Positions 50,090 through 60,600 of a stretch of DNA of 64,000 nt are shown one piece after another. The stretch is from the NCBI GenBank assembly GCA_964626665.1, contig CAZVGK010000013.1, positions 1-64,000 on the forward strand, given 5' to 3'. The notes below the pieces were generated by a model that ran no database searches, was not told the DNA's origin, and saw only the letters and a program-made list of their open reading frames with translations. The first letter of the stretch is position 1; each line of letters begins with the position of its first letter. Source of the stretch: an uncultured Gemmatimonadota bacterium (lineage in GTDB: Bacteria; SM23-81; DAOVCL01). The translations under genes were made by a program, and so were the position numbers.

Positions 50090-51167
50090 ATTTCCCTGCT
50101 TCAATCGAGTCGTTCAACCCGAAATCGCTGATAATTCAACTGTAGAGTGATTCTTCTCCCGATTTTTTACCGGACGGCGCAAAAGGCGTGGCAGAAAAAT
50201 CAAAGCAGCGCAGTATTCCTCTGCTTTTTTGCAGTCTGTCCAATCCACCGATCCAGACGGTGGCTTCTTCCGCACTGTCCTTCATGTCCCGCTGACGCAG
50301 GTATTCCCCCCTAGCTTCCACATTGGTTCGCCAGGCATGATGCGCCTCATCGTTAATAACAATCAGATTGCGGCTGTTTGCCATATCGCCCAGCACCTGA
50401 CGGGTATAGGCCTCATCGCTCAACACGCCGCGTTTATCCACGCTTTTTTTCTTCTGGACCTGCTCATCGCTTTCCCACGACAGTTTATGCCAGTTGATTA
50501 CCTTGATGCGGCCCTGCCGCAACCGTTCCATCAAGCCCTGGGGAACAATATTGAATTCCTCATAGTAATCCTCAGGGGCAGTGGGATATAACACCGACAA
50601 GCGTTTTTTTACGGTCAGTCCCGGAGCCACAACAAGAACATCTTTGGCAAACCGGGTATTCTGGCGGTTCGTGATCTTGTTCAGCACCTGCCAGGCAATC
50701 AGCATGGCCATGATGACCGTTTTGCCAGTGCCGGTGGCCATCTTGCAGCACCAGCGCGCAAACTCTCCGCCGTCCCCCGGGATCTCAATACCGGTCTTTC
50801 CCGCTTCAGGTGCCTCATTCAGCCAGATCAGGGTTTCTATGGCTTCCAGTTGACAGAAGAAAAACCGCCTGATTTCCCGTTCCTCCGGGTCCTGCCAGTG
50901 ATGAAGCAGCCGGCGGGTGATGCCGGAAACACCGGGATACCCATTCCCCCGCCAGGCCTTTAACCGGGGGCGGATTTTATTGACCAGTTCAATGGGCACA
51001 AAGACCCCCGGATCATCAAACCCACTGCTGTCCGGCATAGTGACAACATATCCGGCAGGCCTGCGACCCTTGCGTCTTTCAAATGAGCGATGTTCCCGGT
51101 CATAATGCCAGTAATATTTCGGCTCCTCATACGGAGAGTTGATGATGAGTTTGTCTATCTGTTTCAT
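50090..51167 (-). pseudogene. Type III-like restriction (Res, DEAD helicase) gene, truncated
   Basis: FFCQLEAIET, KMATGTGKT, NDEAHH, FSATP; continues LYS*IISDFGLNDSIEAG and then breaks off. Confidence 0.85.
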
Positions 51168-51508
51168 TTTTTCTCTTTATCAAGTATCACCTTAAGAGTT
51201 GTGAGAAGCGGCGGCAAATCTGCCTGTACCGTTTTCCATACGATTTCATAATCAATCTCGAAATAGGCGTGGACTAAAACATTTCGCATGGATATTACAT
51301 CCCGCCAATCAATGTTATTGTATTTTTCTCGGAATGGTTTTGAGATTTTGGAAGCCGCTTCGCCAATAACTTCTATAGAACGAACCGTTGCGTTTGTGGT
51401 CATTCTGTCTTTGCAAAATTCTTCAAAAGTTATGCCCTTACAGAAAGATACAGCAGCTTGCGCTTCTTCAAGTATATGCGATATTCTGGTAATATCATCA
51501 ATGACCAT
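51164..51508 (-). CDS. HepT-like (DUF86) ribonuclease toxin
   Basis: IEVIGEAA, MRNVLVHAYF (RX4H), VWKTV. Confidence 0.92.
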   Translation of the reverse strand: MVIDDITRISHILEEAQAAVSFCKGITFEEFCKDRMTTNATVRSIEVIGEAASKISKPFREKYNNIDWRDVISMRNVLVHAYFEIDYEIVWKTVQADLPPLLTTLKVILDKEKK

Positions 51509-51800
51509 ACTGTATCACCGCATTCTTTACCACATCATCCCTGAAATAACGGCTTAGATCATTTGGGGTGTGAAGTTCGACCTCTCTACCTATTAGGTCG
51601 GATAGCAAATTTTGAATATGACAAAATCCCATAAGGCCTGGCGCTTTCCCAGGCTCAAATTCAATAAGTATATCAACATCGCTGTCCGCGGTCAGTTCAT
51701 CACGCAAAGCCGACCCAAACAGAGAAAGTTTTCTGATTCGATATTCACTGCAGATTGACTTCATTTGCTCATCTGAAATATAATCCCCGAGCTTAAACAT
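51498..51800 (-). CDS. MNT antitoxin
   Basis: LFGSALR...SDVDILIEF. Confidence 0.92.
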   Translation of the reverse strand: MFKLGDYISDEQMKSICSEYRIRKLSLFGSALRDELTADSDVDILIEFEPGKAPGLMGFCHIQNLLSDLIGREVELHTPNDLSRYFRDDVVKNAVIQYGH

Positions 51801-51812
51801 AATAAATCCCCC

Positions 51813-52139
51813 TTATAGTGGTATTACCCTTAAGCTTTCAATGCCCCTGTCGTCTATGATTTTTACGGCGATTTTGGTGTTTTCCCCCTTTTTAAAAGGA
51901 AGCGAACCCGTCCCCTTAAATGCCTCGATCTTTTCCTCATCAATTTCAGCTTTCAGGTTCCTTGCCAGTTTGCTCCAGCCGTCTTTCGCTCCGGCCATAG
52001 GGAAAAATACCTGGGATGGAAACAGGCTGCGGTCGTCATAGTCGGTATCCAGAAGCCACATGGCGATGTTCCCCTTGCCGCCGGAATCCACATTCCCGGT
52101 TTTGGGGTTGTAATAATCAAAGCCAAGCACCTCCACTTG
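51813..52139 (-). pseudogene. C-terminal fragment of a type III-like DNA methyltransferase
   Basis: QVEVLGFDYYNP...IAMWLLDTDYD...IAVKIIDDRGIESL; N-terminal catalytic part absent. Confidence 0.75.
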
Positions 52140-52156
52140 TGAATAGTGAACAGTGG

Positions 52157-52228
52157 TTAGTGGCGAGTGGACAGTGATTTGAGCTGACCTGTCAATAATT
52201 TGCTTATTTCCTCGTAATTGTTTAAGAA
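52157..52228 (-). pseudogene. Four-helix-bundle C-terminal remnant with heptamer array (52141-52180)
   Basis: FLNNYEEISKLLTGQLKSLSTRH*; array AGTGAAC AGTGGTT AGTGGCG AGTGGAC AGTGATT. Confidence 0.65.
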
Positions 52229-52294
52229 AATTCGGGACACTTCCTAAATTTCTCGTTGGTGTTGGCTATCATTCATAAGAAATATGGCAGGATA

Positions 52295-52570
52295 CCGCCG
52301 CTCGTGAGCGGCGGAGGAATGCCATCCGCTTTGGGGATCGTTAAGGGGCAAAATCCCCTTAACACAATTCCGCTTTAGCGGGATTGCATTTTTGTCCTCC
52401 CGTGGTTATCTTTAGGTAACTAATGGGAGGACGGAATCATGCCTATTCGAAAAGCAGCCCATGTTACCTATAATATCTAATACCACTTTGTCTGGATTCC
52501 CAAGTATCAGAAGATGGTCCTCGATGGTGAAATTGCTCAGGAGTTGGAGAAACTGATCTATGTGGTGTAG
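52295..52570 (+). mobile_element. IS200/IS605 left-end hairpin and TnpA N-terminal pseudogene (52439-52570)
   Basis: Hairpin CCGCCGCTCGTGAGCGGCGG; MPIRKAAHVTYNI*YHFVWIPKYQKMVL. Confidence 0.75.
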
Positions 52571-52700
52571 GGTCAGGTCTTGCCTTTTGCCACCTTGCGC
52601 CTTGAGGCTATCCTGCTTAACCGTGAGTAGCGCCCCCTCAAAATTCCCCAACTTCCCTAAGTTTGTATCCCCACCTATAAAGGCCCTCGTATATACCCTA
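52569..52700 (-). pseudogene. Possible RAYT-like transposase C-terminal HTH remnant
   Basis: Minus strand reads GYKLREVGEF*...YSRLSRIASRRKVAKGKT, ending in CAAGACCTGACCC. Confidence 0.4.
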
Positions 52701-52965
52701 AATCCTCTCCCTCCCAATATGAATCCTCCCTTTACCTCCTACATGTGAGAAATAGGGGACGGTGGTGCAGAAATTGTCAAACGCTTTCGGCTTGCCCTCC
52801 TCTATGTCCTTAATTTCTATTTTTCAGCCTGACTCCATCGACTTATCCAAGCAACATCAGGATTGTGCAGATTCAATTCGTTCATCTTGAGCATAACGAA
52901 AAAAGCCACGAACCGTTCATCAACCTGCTGTTTGGACCATTGACAGACTTCGTCGATTGGCTGCG

Positions 52966-53028
52966 CTATAACGCCATCGAGCTCAGCCGCCCGCCGTCAG
53001 GCGTGTCGGCTGAGGAGAGGGGTTGGGC
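52966..53028 (-). other. attC-like site
   Basis: Minus strand GCCCAAC...CTCAGCCGAC...GGCGGCTGAG...GTTATAG. Confidence 0.7.
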
Positions 53029-53044
53029 AGTGGCATCTTATAAA

Positions 53045-53278
53045 TTATGCAGACACAAGTGCACGAACGTGAAGGATTTCCTCTCGGCGCATTGGACGAA
53101 TGTCCTCTATGGACAATGTTACAACAGCCACTGTCTCCCCTTCCCCTGTCACAAGCTCCACTTCGAATGCTTTCTCATCCCTGTAGCAATGAACCACTGC
53201 ACCAACATCGCTACGTTTAAGGCCATAATCTTCTAAATCACTTATAAGAACCACGGTATCCAATTCCCTGATCATCAT
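53045..53278 (-). CDS. DUF4926 family protein
   Basis: IRELDTVVL..DL..GL...VGAVV..Y....FEVE. Confidence 0.85.
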   Translation of the reverse strand: MMIRELDTVVLISDLEDYGLKRSDVGAVVHCYRDEKAFEVELVTGEGETVAVVTLSIEDIRPMRREEILHVRALVSA

Positions 53279-53280
53279 TC

Positions 53281-53631
53281 CTACCACTCCTTTGCTCTTT
53301 TGATCGGATAGGCCGTTATGGGTCGAGGATTCTCATCTTCGGCCTCCAAAATCCATATTGTGCGTATGCGGACAACAGTTCCCTTTGGCGTTTTCAAAAG
53401 GCCACCAATTACATACTTCGTGCCATGGGGAAGGGTTATGCTTTCTCTTACCTCGTTTGTTTGTGCAATTGCCAGTAGTCCCTGTTCCAACTGCTCAACG
53501 GTAGTTTCATCAAAGCCGAAGGGACGGAAAAACTTGGCTTTGGACTTCCCCACAGCATGCGTTTCTGAGAGTAAATAGCCAGTGAGTTTGCTCGGCGGAA
53601 TATAAGCCTTTTCTTTGTTCGGGAGTCGCAT
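53281..53631 (-). CDS. DUF6883-like putative toxin
   Basis: KLTGYLL..H..GKSKAKFF...GF, W.......PRPITAYP; paired with DUF4926. Confidence 0.75.
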   Translation of the reverse strand: MRLPNKEKAYIPPSKLTGYLLSETHAVGKSKAKFFRPFGFDETTVEQLEQGLLAIAQTNEVRESITLPHGTKYVIGGLLKTPKGTVVRIRTIWILEAEDENPRPITAYPIKRAKEW

Positions 53632-53723
53632 TGGTAAATGTGTTCTGTTAAGCTGGTAAGCGGGTTACGATCTAAATTGTAATCGGCTTTGTAAAATTTG
53701 CCAACCCAAAAGATGCCATATCT

Positions 53724-53798
53724 GCCTAATGCCAAACATCAACCGCCGCGGAAGGAGCGTTAGCGACATTAGCGGTCGGCTGCATGTTTTTGTTGGGC
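53724..53798 (-). other. attC-like site
   Basis: Minus strand GCCCAAC-AAAAACATGCAGCCGACCGC...GCGGCGGTTGATGTTTGGC-ATTAGGC. Confidence 0.7.
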
Positions 53799-53825
53799 GG
53801 CATCGGTGTGGAATGCTTACTATTG

Positions 53826-54617
53826 TCAACCATAACGCCTCGTATCAAAAAAGCTTCCTGCATCACGACAATAATAGTCCCATACAGCATCTAAAACATT
53901 TGCAGAAGTTTTCTGATTCCACACTGCGCGCGTTCCTTCAGGGTGCCAACTACCATGATCCGAAATATAGGCGGAAAAAAGTCCAATCTTTGAATTTGCG
54001 CAGTTTGTTTTCAATCGCCCAAAGCATCGGCCAATTAGGTCCGCCGGCATCATGTCCGCGTCGGTGTACGTTAGTTCTTCACACTCTCCAGTTTCTGCAT
54101 TCGTAAGACGGGTCACGCCTACATTGCGCCAACTTTCACGCGGACTTTGATCAGAAACGATTAGATGCCCTACCGCGACATAAGGAAAACCGGCATCTAT
54201 AAGAGCTTGGGTCTGAGAAAACCCGAACTGGTTTGGCGATTTTCCTTGTTTGGCGAAAGAGGATCGAACGGCTTTCAGCTCAACCGCCAAAGTTTTAGAG
54301 AGTACCAATGTATCTCCTTCGTAGGGGATAATTAAAAGGTCAATATCGCCAGGAAACAACACGCCGTGCAATATGGCATTTGTTTGAACAAAACCGCGGA
54401 TGAATACTCCGCTGTTTTCTGGCATCGACGCGAAATACTCTGGTAAAAGTTGCTGATAGCAAAACCCAAACAGCCTTCTATTTACGACCAACTTGATACC
54501 CAGAACTTTTTCATCTTCCTTCTCGAGAAGCTTTTTGGGAACGACAAAAACTTCTGATCCGCCATGTAAATATTGCGGGCGAATATTGATCGGCTTGCGA
54601 TAGTCTTCGATATCCAT
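53826..54617 (-). CDS. Hypothetical cassette protein with a PD-(D/E)xK-like motif
   Basis: PGDIDLLI...LAVELK; start placed at MDIEDY because the upstream part of the ORF is a repeat element. Confidence 0.6.
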   Translation of the reverse strand: MDIEDYRKPINIRPQYLHGGSEVFVVPKKLLEKEDEKVLGIKLVVNRRLFGFCYQQLLPEYFASMPENSGVFIRGFVQTNAILHGVLFPGDIDLLIIPYEGDTLVLSKTLAVELKAVRSSFAKQGKSPNQFGFSQTQALIDAGFPYVAVGHLIVSDQSPRESWRNVGVTRLTNAETGECEELTYTDADMMPADLIGRCFGRLKTNCANSKIGLFSAYISDHGSWHPEGTRAVWNQKTSANVLDAVWDYYCRDAGSFFDTRRYG

Positions 54618-54807
54618 GAAAGTTAAGGGGTCAGGTCTTGCTTTTTGCCCCCCTTGAGATTCTCCTGCTTGCCCTTGAATAGAGAAAGTGCACAAAGACA
54701 ATTTATACTTAAGCCGCCTCCAAAGCCAAGAAGGGAAGTAGGAAAATATGGGAATTGTCCTTACTTCTTCCCGGTGAGTTAAAACGTGCTTTGTTTGGCA
54801 TACTAAC

Positions 54808-54836
54808 AATATAACAAAAGGAGTTACTCCTGTCAA
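54808..54836 (-). promoter_or_regulatory. Promoter facing the cassette array, with an internal palindrome
   Basis: TTGACA-17 bp-TATATT with TG extension; AGGAGTTACTCCT in the spacer. Confidence 0.55.
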
Positions 54837-54989
54837 TTTATTATTTTGTGGACATTGAGCGAGAACCCCCCAAAGGTAAAACCTTGGGGAATCACCCTTG
54901 GAGGGCCATCAAGGGTTGGATAGGAGACCTGAGGGGATATCCCCCGGAATTAACAGAATACGGTGAGCCTTCTTTTCCGGCTAAGTTCT

Positions 54990-57506
54990 CTAAAACGGGA
55001 CGGAGAGGCCTATAGCGAAATTTCTGCCCTCTCTGAAGTGGTTCAGCCTCCAGGCCAGATCTATTCTGAAGATGGTGAAGATATGATCCACCCCAAAGCC
55101 CAACTCATAGAATGGCTTTCCGGTTGGGTTTGCCTCCACAACCTGAATTGACCTGGATCTGTCCCCTATATCTATCCAACCGGCAGAGCCGAAGAGGATT
55201 AGCCCCCACTGGGAATTCCGAAGAAGAGGGATTTTCAGCCATCTAAAAGGCTGCCCGCCGAGATCCTGCTCCAGAAGGAGGGAGTAGTACCTGTCCCCGG
55301 AGAATTCCCCGATCTTTAGGGTATGAAACCTCCAGGGAGAGGTCAAATGGGGTAGGTTTGCCGGCAGGCGAAAAATCCTCTGAGTGGGTAGCCAGCCCAA
55401 TGCGGTCCCCAAGTAAAGGCGATAGGAGAACATACCCAATCTGTGTAAATCAAAGTCCCCGCGGATGTAAGCCCAAAGCTTGGTATAGCTGAAGTCGCTG
55501 GCAAGCAACCTTTTATCGGAATGTGAGATTCCAACATCAACGAATTGGTATCCTTTTCCCCCTATTCTCTCCAATCTGCCGGCATTATCGATAAACTTAC
55601 GGGGGTCAAGGCTCAACCCTAAGTAGAGGGAATTGTCCTTTCCCTCATTAATGGGTGGATTCTGCCTATATTTCCAGCTTTTTCTCAGCAGGCTCCATTC
55701 GGTGTTCTTCCGAGCATTTGAGTATACCCCCTGGGAGAAGCCCAACCAGGCTCTAATCAGTGGGTGGAAATCGCCCTCGAGGGAGGCCCGCCATCCTCGG
55801 CGGTAAAAAAAGTCCCGCCAGTCGTATTTACCTAACAGGCTGAGCAGGGTCATCCCTAAGTTTCCTTCCCCTTCCTTTCCCTCATCAATCCAACCAAGCC
55901 GCTGGGAAACGCCAACCCTTAGATCCAAGTTTGCATACCAAGGGGAATGGTAGCCTATATCAGCGGCATATTTGAACCTCTTATCCTCAAAGCCATACCC
56001 CAAATGGAGATTAAGAAACCGCAGATTAGGCAGGAGGCCCCAGGTTTTGGTCCCAAAGTGCAGGGCGTGCCCCTCCACCCGATTGAAGCGGTAAGACTCC
56101 AAAATCCCGGGCAGTCTCAGGCCCTTTTCCTCGCCAAACCGGAGGTGTTTGCCAAAGAGTAAGTTCCTTGGCCTGATTCTATTCCTTTTTCGTTCATAGG
56201 CAACCTTCAGGCTATCACCCTTTTCATACACCCTGATATCCTCTGTGGTAGGGGGGATAAGCTGATTCTTGGCCCAGTAGAGGGAATCCCTCTTGTCGGC
56301 CTCCGGCAGCACCTTGATGACCACCCGATCAAATATCTTCCCCTTAAAGGGCTTGTTGATCCTGTAATCCTGCAATACAGACAATGCCTTTAAGGAGAAC
56401 TGTAGGTGGATGATCATAGAGATCTTCCCCTCCGCCTGGAGGCTGAGATTGACGGGCATCCAGAAGAGGTTCTCGAAGAGCTCATATCGCTGCTTGTAAT
56501 GTAATTGGGTAAAAAACAGGGGAAGGGCAGCTTTGGTCAACTCCAGATCAACCATCATCAGGGCGTAGGTCCCATCAGCGATATAGATTGTTCCCTGCAG
56601 CAATGGGTGGTGATCTCTAAGCTGAGAGATCCTGATTTTGTGTATCTTCAAGCTGTCCATCACTGTGGTGCCGATGAGGGAGTAATAGTAGCTCTTTAGG
56701 CCAGCCGGGGAGAGCGGCCCCGCAATCTCATTGTCCGCCATTTCGATCAGGTCTTTAGAGAAATCCTCGATGAAATCGCTGCTGGTCAACAGATTGGAGA
56801 CAGCAGGGAGAAAGGCGCTCTGCTTGCGGGCCAGGATGATCTCCTTGTGTTTGTCGGGCTTCTCCCAATAGGCATCCGTCTTCGTCTCCATAATCATTGT
56901 AACTGCTGAATCGGAGATCCCCATAACAGCAACGCCTTTGCCCATCCTCACATCTGCGATGAGCTTGGTATAGGCGGTTAACCTGTAATTTCTTAACTTT
57001 TTCCTAATCCTCTTCTTGTTTTCAATCGCCTTCTTGATGATGCGCAGTGCTGGGTTCTCCCCGGGGGTGACGGTGATCGCAGGGAGGGGAAGCACAATGG
57101 GTCGCAGCCGCACATCCAATGCGACATCCCTGTTGGTAATCTGGATGGCCTTTTTTACAGATGAGTATCCCATATAAGTGAAGAGAAGCTCATAGCTACC
57201 AGGAGGCAAAAAGAGGTTATATTTGCCGTTCTTGTCGGTGGTGGTCCCCTTGGTCGTCCCCTTGACCGTGATGTTGGTGAGCATCAACCCCTTCCCGGTT
57301 TCCGCATCCCTCACCGTGCCGTAAACCTTGTATTGGATGAGTGCAGGGGTTCCTCCCAAGCCAGCAGGTCCAATAACCACCATCAGGCCCAAGAGGAGGA
57401 TACCCACCCAGAAATTTAGGTGAAGATAGTTAACTGGGTTGTTCCATTTCATATACAACGCTTTCTCAAGCGGTTTTAAGCCTTGCAACCTATACAAGGT
57501 TGCCAT
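54990..57506 (-). CDS. Carboxypeptidase regulatory-like domain + DUF5686 outer-membrane protein
   Basis: GTVRDAETG...GTTTDKNGKY; FNRVEG; C-terminal beta-barrel ending in Phe; start uncertain. Confidence 0.8.
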   Translation of the reverse strand: MATLYRLQGLKPLEKALYMKWNNPVNYLHLNFWVGILLLGLMVVIGPAGLGGTPALIQYKVYGTVRDAETGKGLMLTNITVKGTTKGTTTDKNGKYNLFLPPGSYELLFTYMGYSSVKKAIQITNRDVALDVRLRPIVLPLPAITVTPGENPALRIIKKAIENKKRIRKKLRNYRLTAYTKLIADVRMGKGVAVMGISDSAVTMIMETKTDAYWEKPDKHKEIILARKQSAFLPAVSNLLTSSDFIEDFSKDLIEMADNEIAGPLSPAGLKSYYYSLIGTTVMDSLKIHKIRISQLRDHHPLLQGTIYIADGTYALMMVDLELTKAALPLFFTQLHYKQRYELFENLFWMPVNLSLQAEGKISMIIHLQFSLKALSVLQDYRINKPFKGKIFDRVVIKVLPEADKRDSLYWAKNQLIPPTTEDIRVYEKGDSLKVAYERKRNRIRPRNLLFGKHLRFGEEKGLRLPGILESYRFNRVEGHALHFGTKTWGLLPNLRFLNLHLGYGFEDKRFKYAADIGYHSPWYANLDLRVGVSQRLGWIDEGKEGEGNLGMTLLSLLGKYDWRDFFYRRGWRASLEGDFHPLIRAWLGFSQGVYSNARKNTEWSLLRKSWKYRQNPPINEGKDNSLYLGLSLDPRKFIDNAGRLERIGGKGYQFVDVGISHSDKRLLASDFSYTKLWAYIRGDFDLHRLGMFSYRLYLGTALGWLPTQRIFRLPANLPHLTSPWRFHTLKIGEFSGDRYYSLLLEQDLGGQPFRWLKIPLLRNSQWGLILFGSAGWIDIGDRSRSIQVVEANPTGKPFYELGFGVDHIFTIFRIDLAWRLNHFREGRNFAIGLSVPF

Positions 57507-57658
57507 TTAGATCCTCATGATTTATGAAAATTATCTTGCAAAATCTACGTCCAAAGTCGACAGAGCGGTCAGATGCCCTCATCTGATCGTGGCAGAATCG
57601 GGATTTTGCCCCCTCATCTTTGGGAAAGCCAATTGGGAAAAAGTTATGCATCTGCATC

Positions 57659-60600
57659 TTAAAAGATCCCCCTGATCCCCTTCCCTTTCTCCACCTTTAT
57701 CTCCGGAAGGGCCTTGATGTTTACCCGGAAGTAGTATCCCTTCCTGAATCCGGTGGGTATCCAGTAGAGCCAAGCCTCCCAGCAGTGGAGGTCCCGATGG
57801 AACTTGAAACTCTGGGAAGTAAGTTTCCTCTCCACAAAATCGTAACGGGCCTGATAGGAAACTCTCCAGTTTGGTGTTAGGTTTAGGGAAAGGTTTCCGG
57901 ATAGCCAGTTTGTCTTGCTGGGACTGCCTTTCATCCGATAGATATGATGGGAGAGCCCAAATCTCCAGGGCCTTCTCCCCTTCCCCTCTCCCTCCCAACC
58001 GGAGAGGGAGAGATTTGTGGTCAGGGAAAGGGATTTCAGGTGAGGGAGGGTCAGCTCACCCTGGGAGGAGTATAGATCGTAGGTGGAGGTCAGAGTGATC
58101 CCAAGGCCCCTGAATGGCCTCACCCTTAGATTAGAGTTAAGGTAACTCCATTTCCGGTTTAAGGCCTTGAAGTTATAGCCGGTGGAGAGGTTAAGGGTGG
58201 CCAGCTCTACCTTTTTAGGTTTCTCCTTTCCCCATTTCATCTGAAATATGTTGTTTAAACTCATCCCCAGGACCTTCCTCTCCCCTGCGGAGGGGCCTAT
58301 CCCTCCAAATGAGTAGAACCTCTCCTGATCCTTAAACTTTGGCTTCCAACTATAGGACAAACTGGGCTTGAGGATGTGTCTGAATCCGGTTATCCTCCCC
58401 CAATGGGGAAGAAATATCCCATAGATGGTTGTGTTTGCCCGCAAGGAGAGATCATAGGTGGTGTTGTGCACAAAGCTCTTCCCCTCCTTATCCTTGTCCC
58501 ACCAGGTATGCCTCAGGTTGAAGGAGGGGGAAAGGGTGAGCCATCTAAGCTTCTGGGGGCCGGTAAAGCTTAAGCGATTATCCAGGCCGCTGTGGGAATC
58601 TGTTTTTCCTCCCGTCTTATGGCTGTAGTTCAAGAGATAGGAGGAGAAGGAGAGGTAGATGTTTTGGTACCATCCCTTTTCCCCTTCCTCGCCTTTAAAG
58701 ATGGGGGAGGAGGGGTAGGAATACCTCATCGAGGGGAGGGATTGAGTTATCTCATCAAGATCTATGACGCCGTCACCATCCAAATCAAAAAGGTTCTGGT
58801 ATCTATCCAGGCCTATGTTTAGGCTGGATGTCTCCCACCTTTTGGAGAGGGCGAGGTGGGAGTGGAGAGAACGGTTCATCCTCTCCTGAGGGTGGAATCC
58901 GATATTCGAATAGTAGCTCTTATCGGATATGAAGAAGCCATTGGCGGTCAGCTTCCAGGTGGGGGAAAGATCTTGATAATGACGAAAATTCAGATCCCAT
59001 CTCTGCCGATGTGGAAGCTCGCTACCTACCCGCTTCCCTTCTCTGTTCCAGGATCCCCCAACCTGCCCTTCCAGTCTGTACCTCAGGGCATACCTGGCCT
59101 GGCCCTTGAGGAGAAGGCCAGTCTCCTCATAGTAGTCCAGGCTTAAGGTGGCATCCCAGTAGGGGCTGGGGGCGAAATAGTAGCCCAGATTCCGCACAAA
59201 CCTCTGGCTTACATCCCAGACCCCCAGATCAAAGGTGAGGAGGCCTGAGTGCCTGCCCGGCTTTATGGGGAAGACACAGAAGGGGATGGCGGCCACCGGG
59301 AGATCGGCGATATAGAGGACTACCGGCTGGGCAATCACCTTATCCTTGGGGATAATCTTCATCTTCTTACTCCAGAAGTGGTAATGGGGGGTGTCCAGAT
59401 CGCAGGTGGTAAATCTTCCCCCCTCTACCAGGATGACCTCTGGGTTAACCTCCACTATCTCCTCCCCTCGGTAGATGCCCTGTTCGTAGTTGGACTCTCC
59501 ATATCTCACCTTCCCCCTCCCGGTCTCCAGGTTATAGGCCATCCTCACCCCTCTTAACTCCTGGTTGCCGTCCCAGAAGACTGGTCCCCCTTGAGCCTCC
59601 AGGATCTTAGAGTCCAGAGCATACTCGATGCTGTCTGCCTCAAGCTTATAGCTGGCATACTCTATCTGAGCCCCACCCACGAGGTCTATCTTTCCCTGGG
59701 AGTATACGATGGACTGGGCCCTGTATCTCACCGTGTCCACCCCTCCCTCCTGGGAGGGGGAGAGATAGGTTCCCTCCACTCCTCCCCACATCCTCACCTG
59801 GTTCGCCCTACCGCCGGAGAAGTCCACCCTACAGGAATCTGATGAGGCCCTGTTCTCCCCACCCAATCCAGTATCAGGGGGTGAAAAGTAGAAGCTTCTG
59901 GAGTTTCCTTCTACCTTTATGGCTTCAAGTCTATCCTCGGTGATCGTGATGTTCATCCTCTTGCCCGTAACCCAACCCCATTCAGAGACCCTCCCCCTTT
60001 GGTCCCTATCCTCGAACTCCCCCTTGGCATCTCCCCAGACGAAGACCTTTTTTGGCCGACGATCCTCCACCCTTATCTCCATCCTCCTCCCGGTAAGCCT
60101 CTTGGCCTCCTGAAGGATGACCGGAGATTCGCGGAGGATTATCCTCTCCTCTTTAAAGAGAAAGAGGCCATAGCCAGAGGTGGCCTCAAGCTCTCCTCTC
60201 CTGATGCTGACATCTCCTTTGGCCTCACCCTTATTTTCCTGGGGGAAGAGCTCAATGCTATCGGCCTGCACAGTTGTCCTGGCTCCCTCCTCCTCTATGG
60301 TCTCCAGGAGTGGGTTACCTGTGGCCAATATCCTCCCCTCCCTCCTCCAATATTCCATCCTCCCGCAGGTCAGCTTAGTCTGATTCTCCTCATCCCAGCC
60401 CTTAACCCAGCCTTCGGCCAATGCTCTCTGCTCATCCTTGAAATAGGTGGCCTTATCCGCCCAGATCGTGGTCTCCCCGTCTGTGAGCTTCACCTCCCCC
60501 TTAAAGACTACCATCCTCTGGTTTTTGAACCAGGTCGCCTCATTGCTCCTCAGGGATGTCTCCCCCTGCCGGAATCGGACATCTCCCTTGAGATAGGTGA

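Noticed and set aside
38602-50138. TGA at probable Trp positions (HEPN 38602, Res 50136), suggesting UGA recoding
   Set aside because: Both genes are also truncated, many intact genes here end in TGA, and Trp is normally TGG; simple G-to-A nonsense mutations explain it.
54618-54836. 73-aa N-terminal extension of ORF 53826-54836
   Set aside because: It is the repeat shared with 49852-49990 plus the promoter, and its TTG start is the -35 box.
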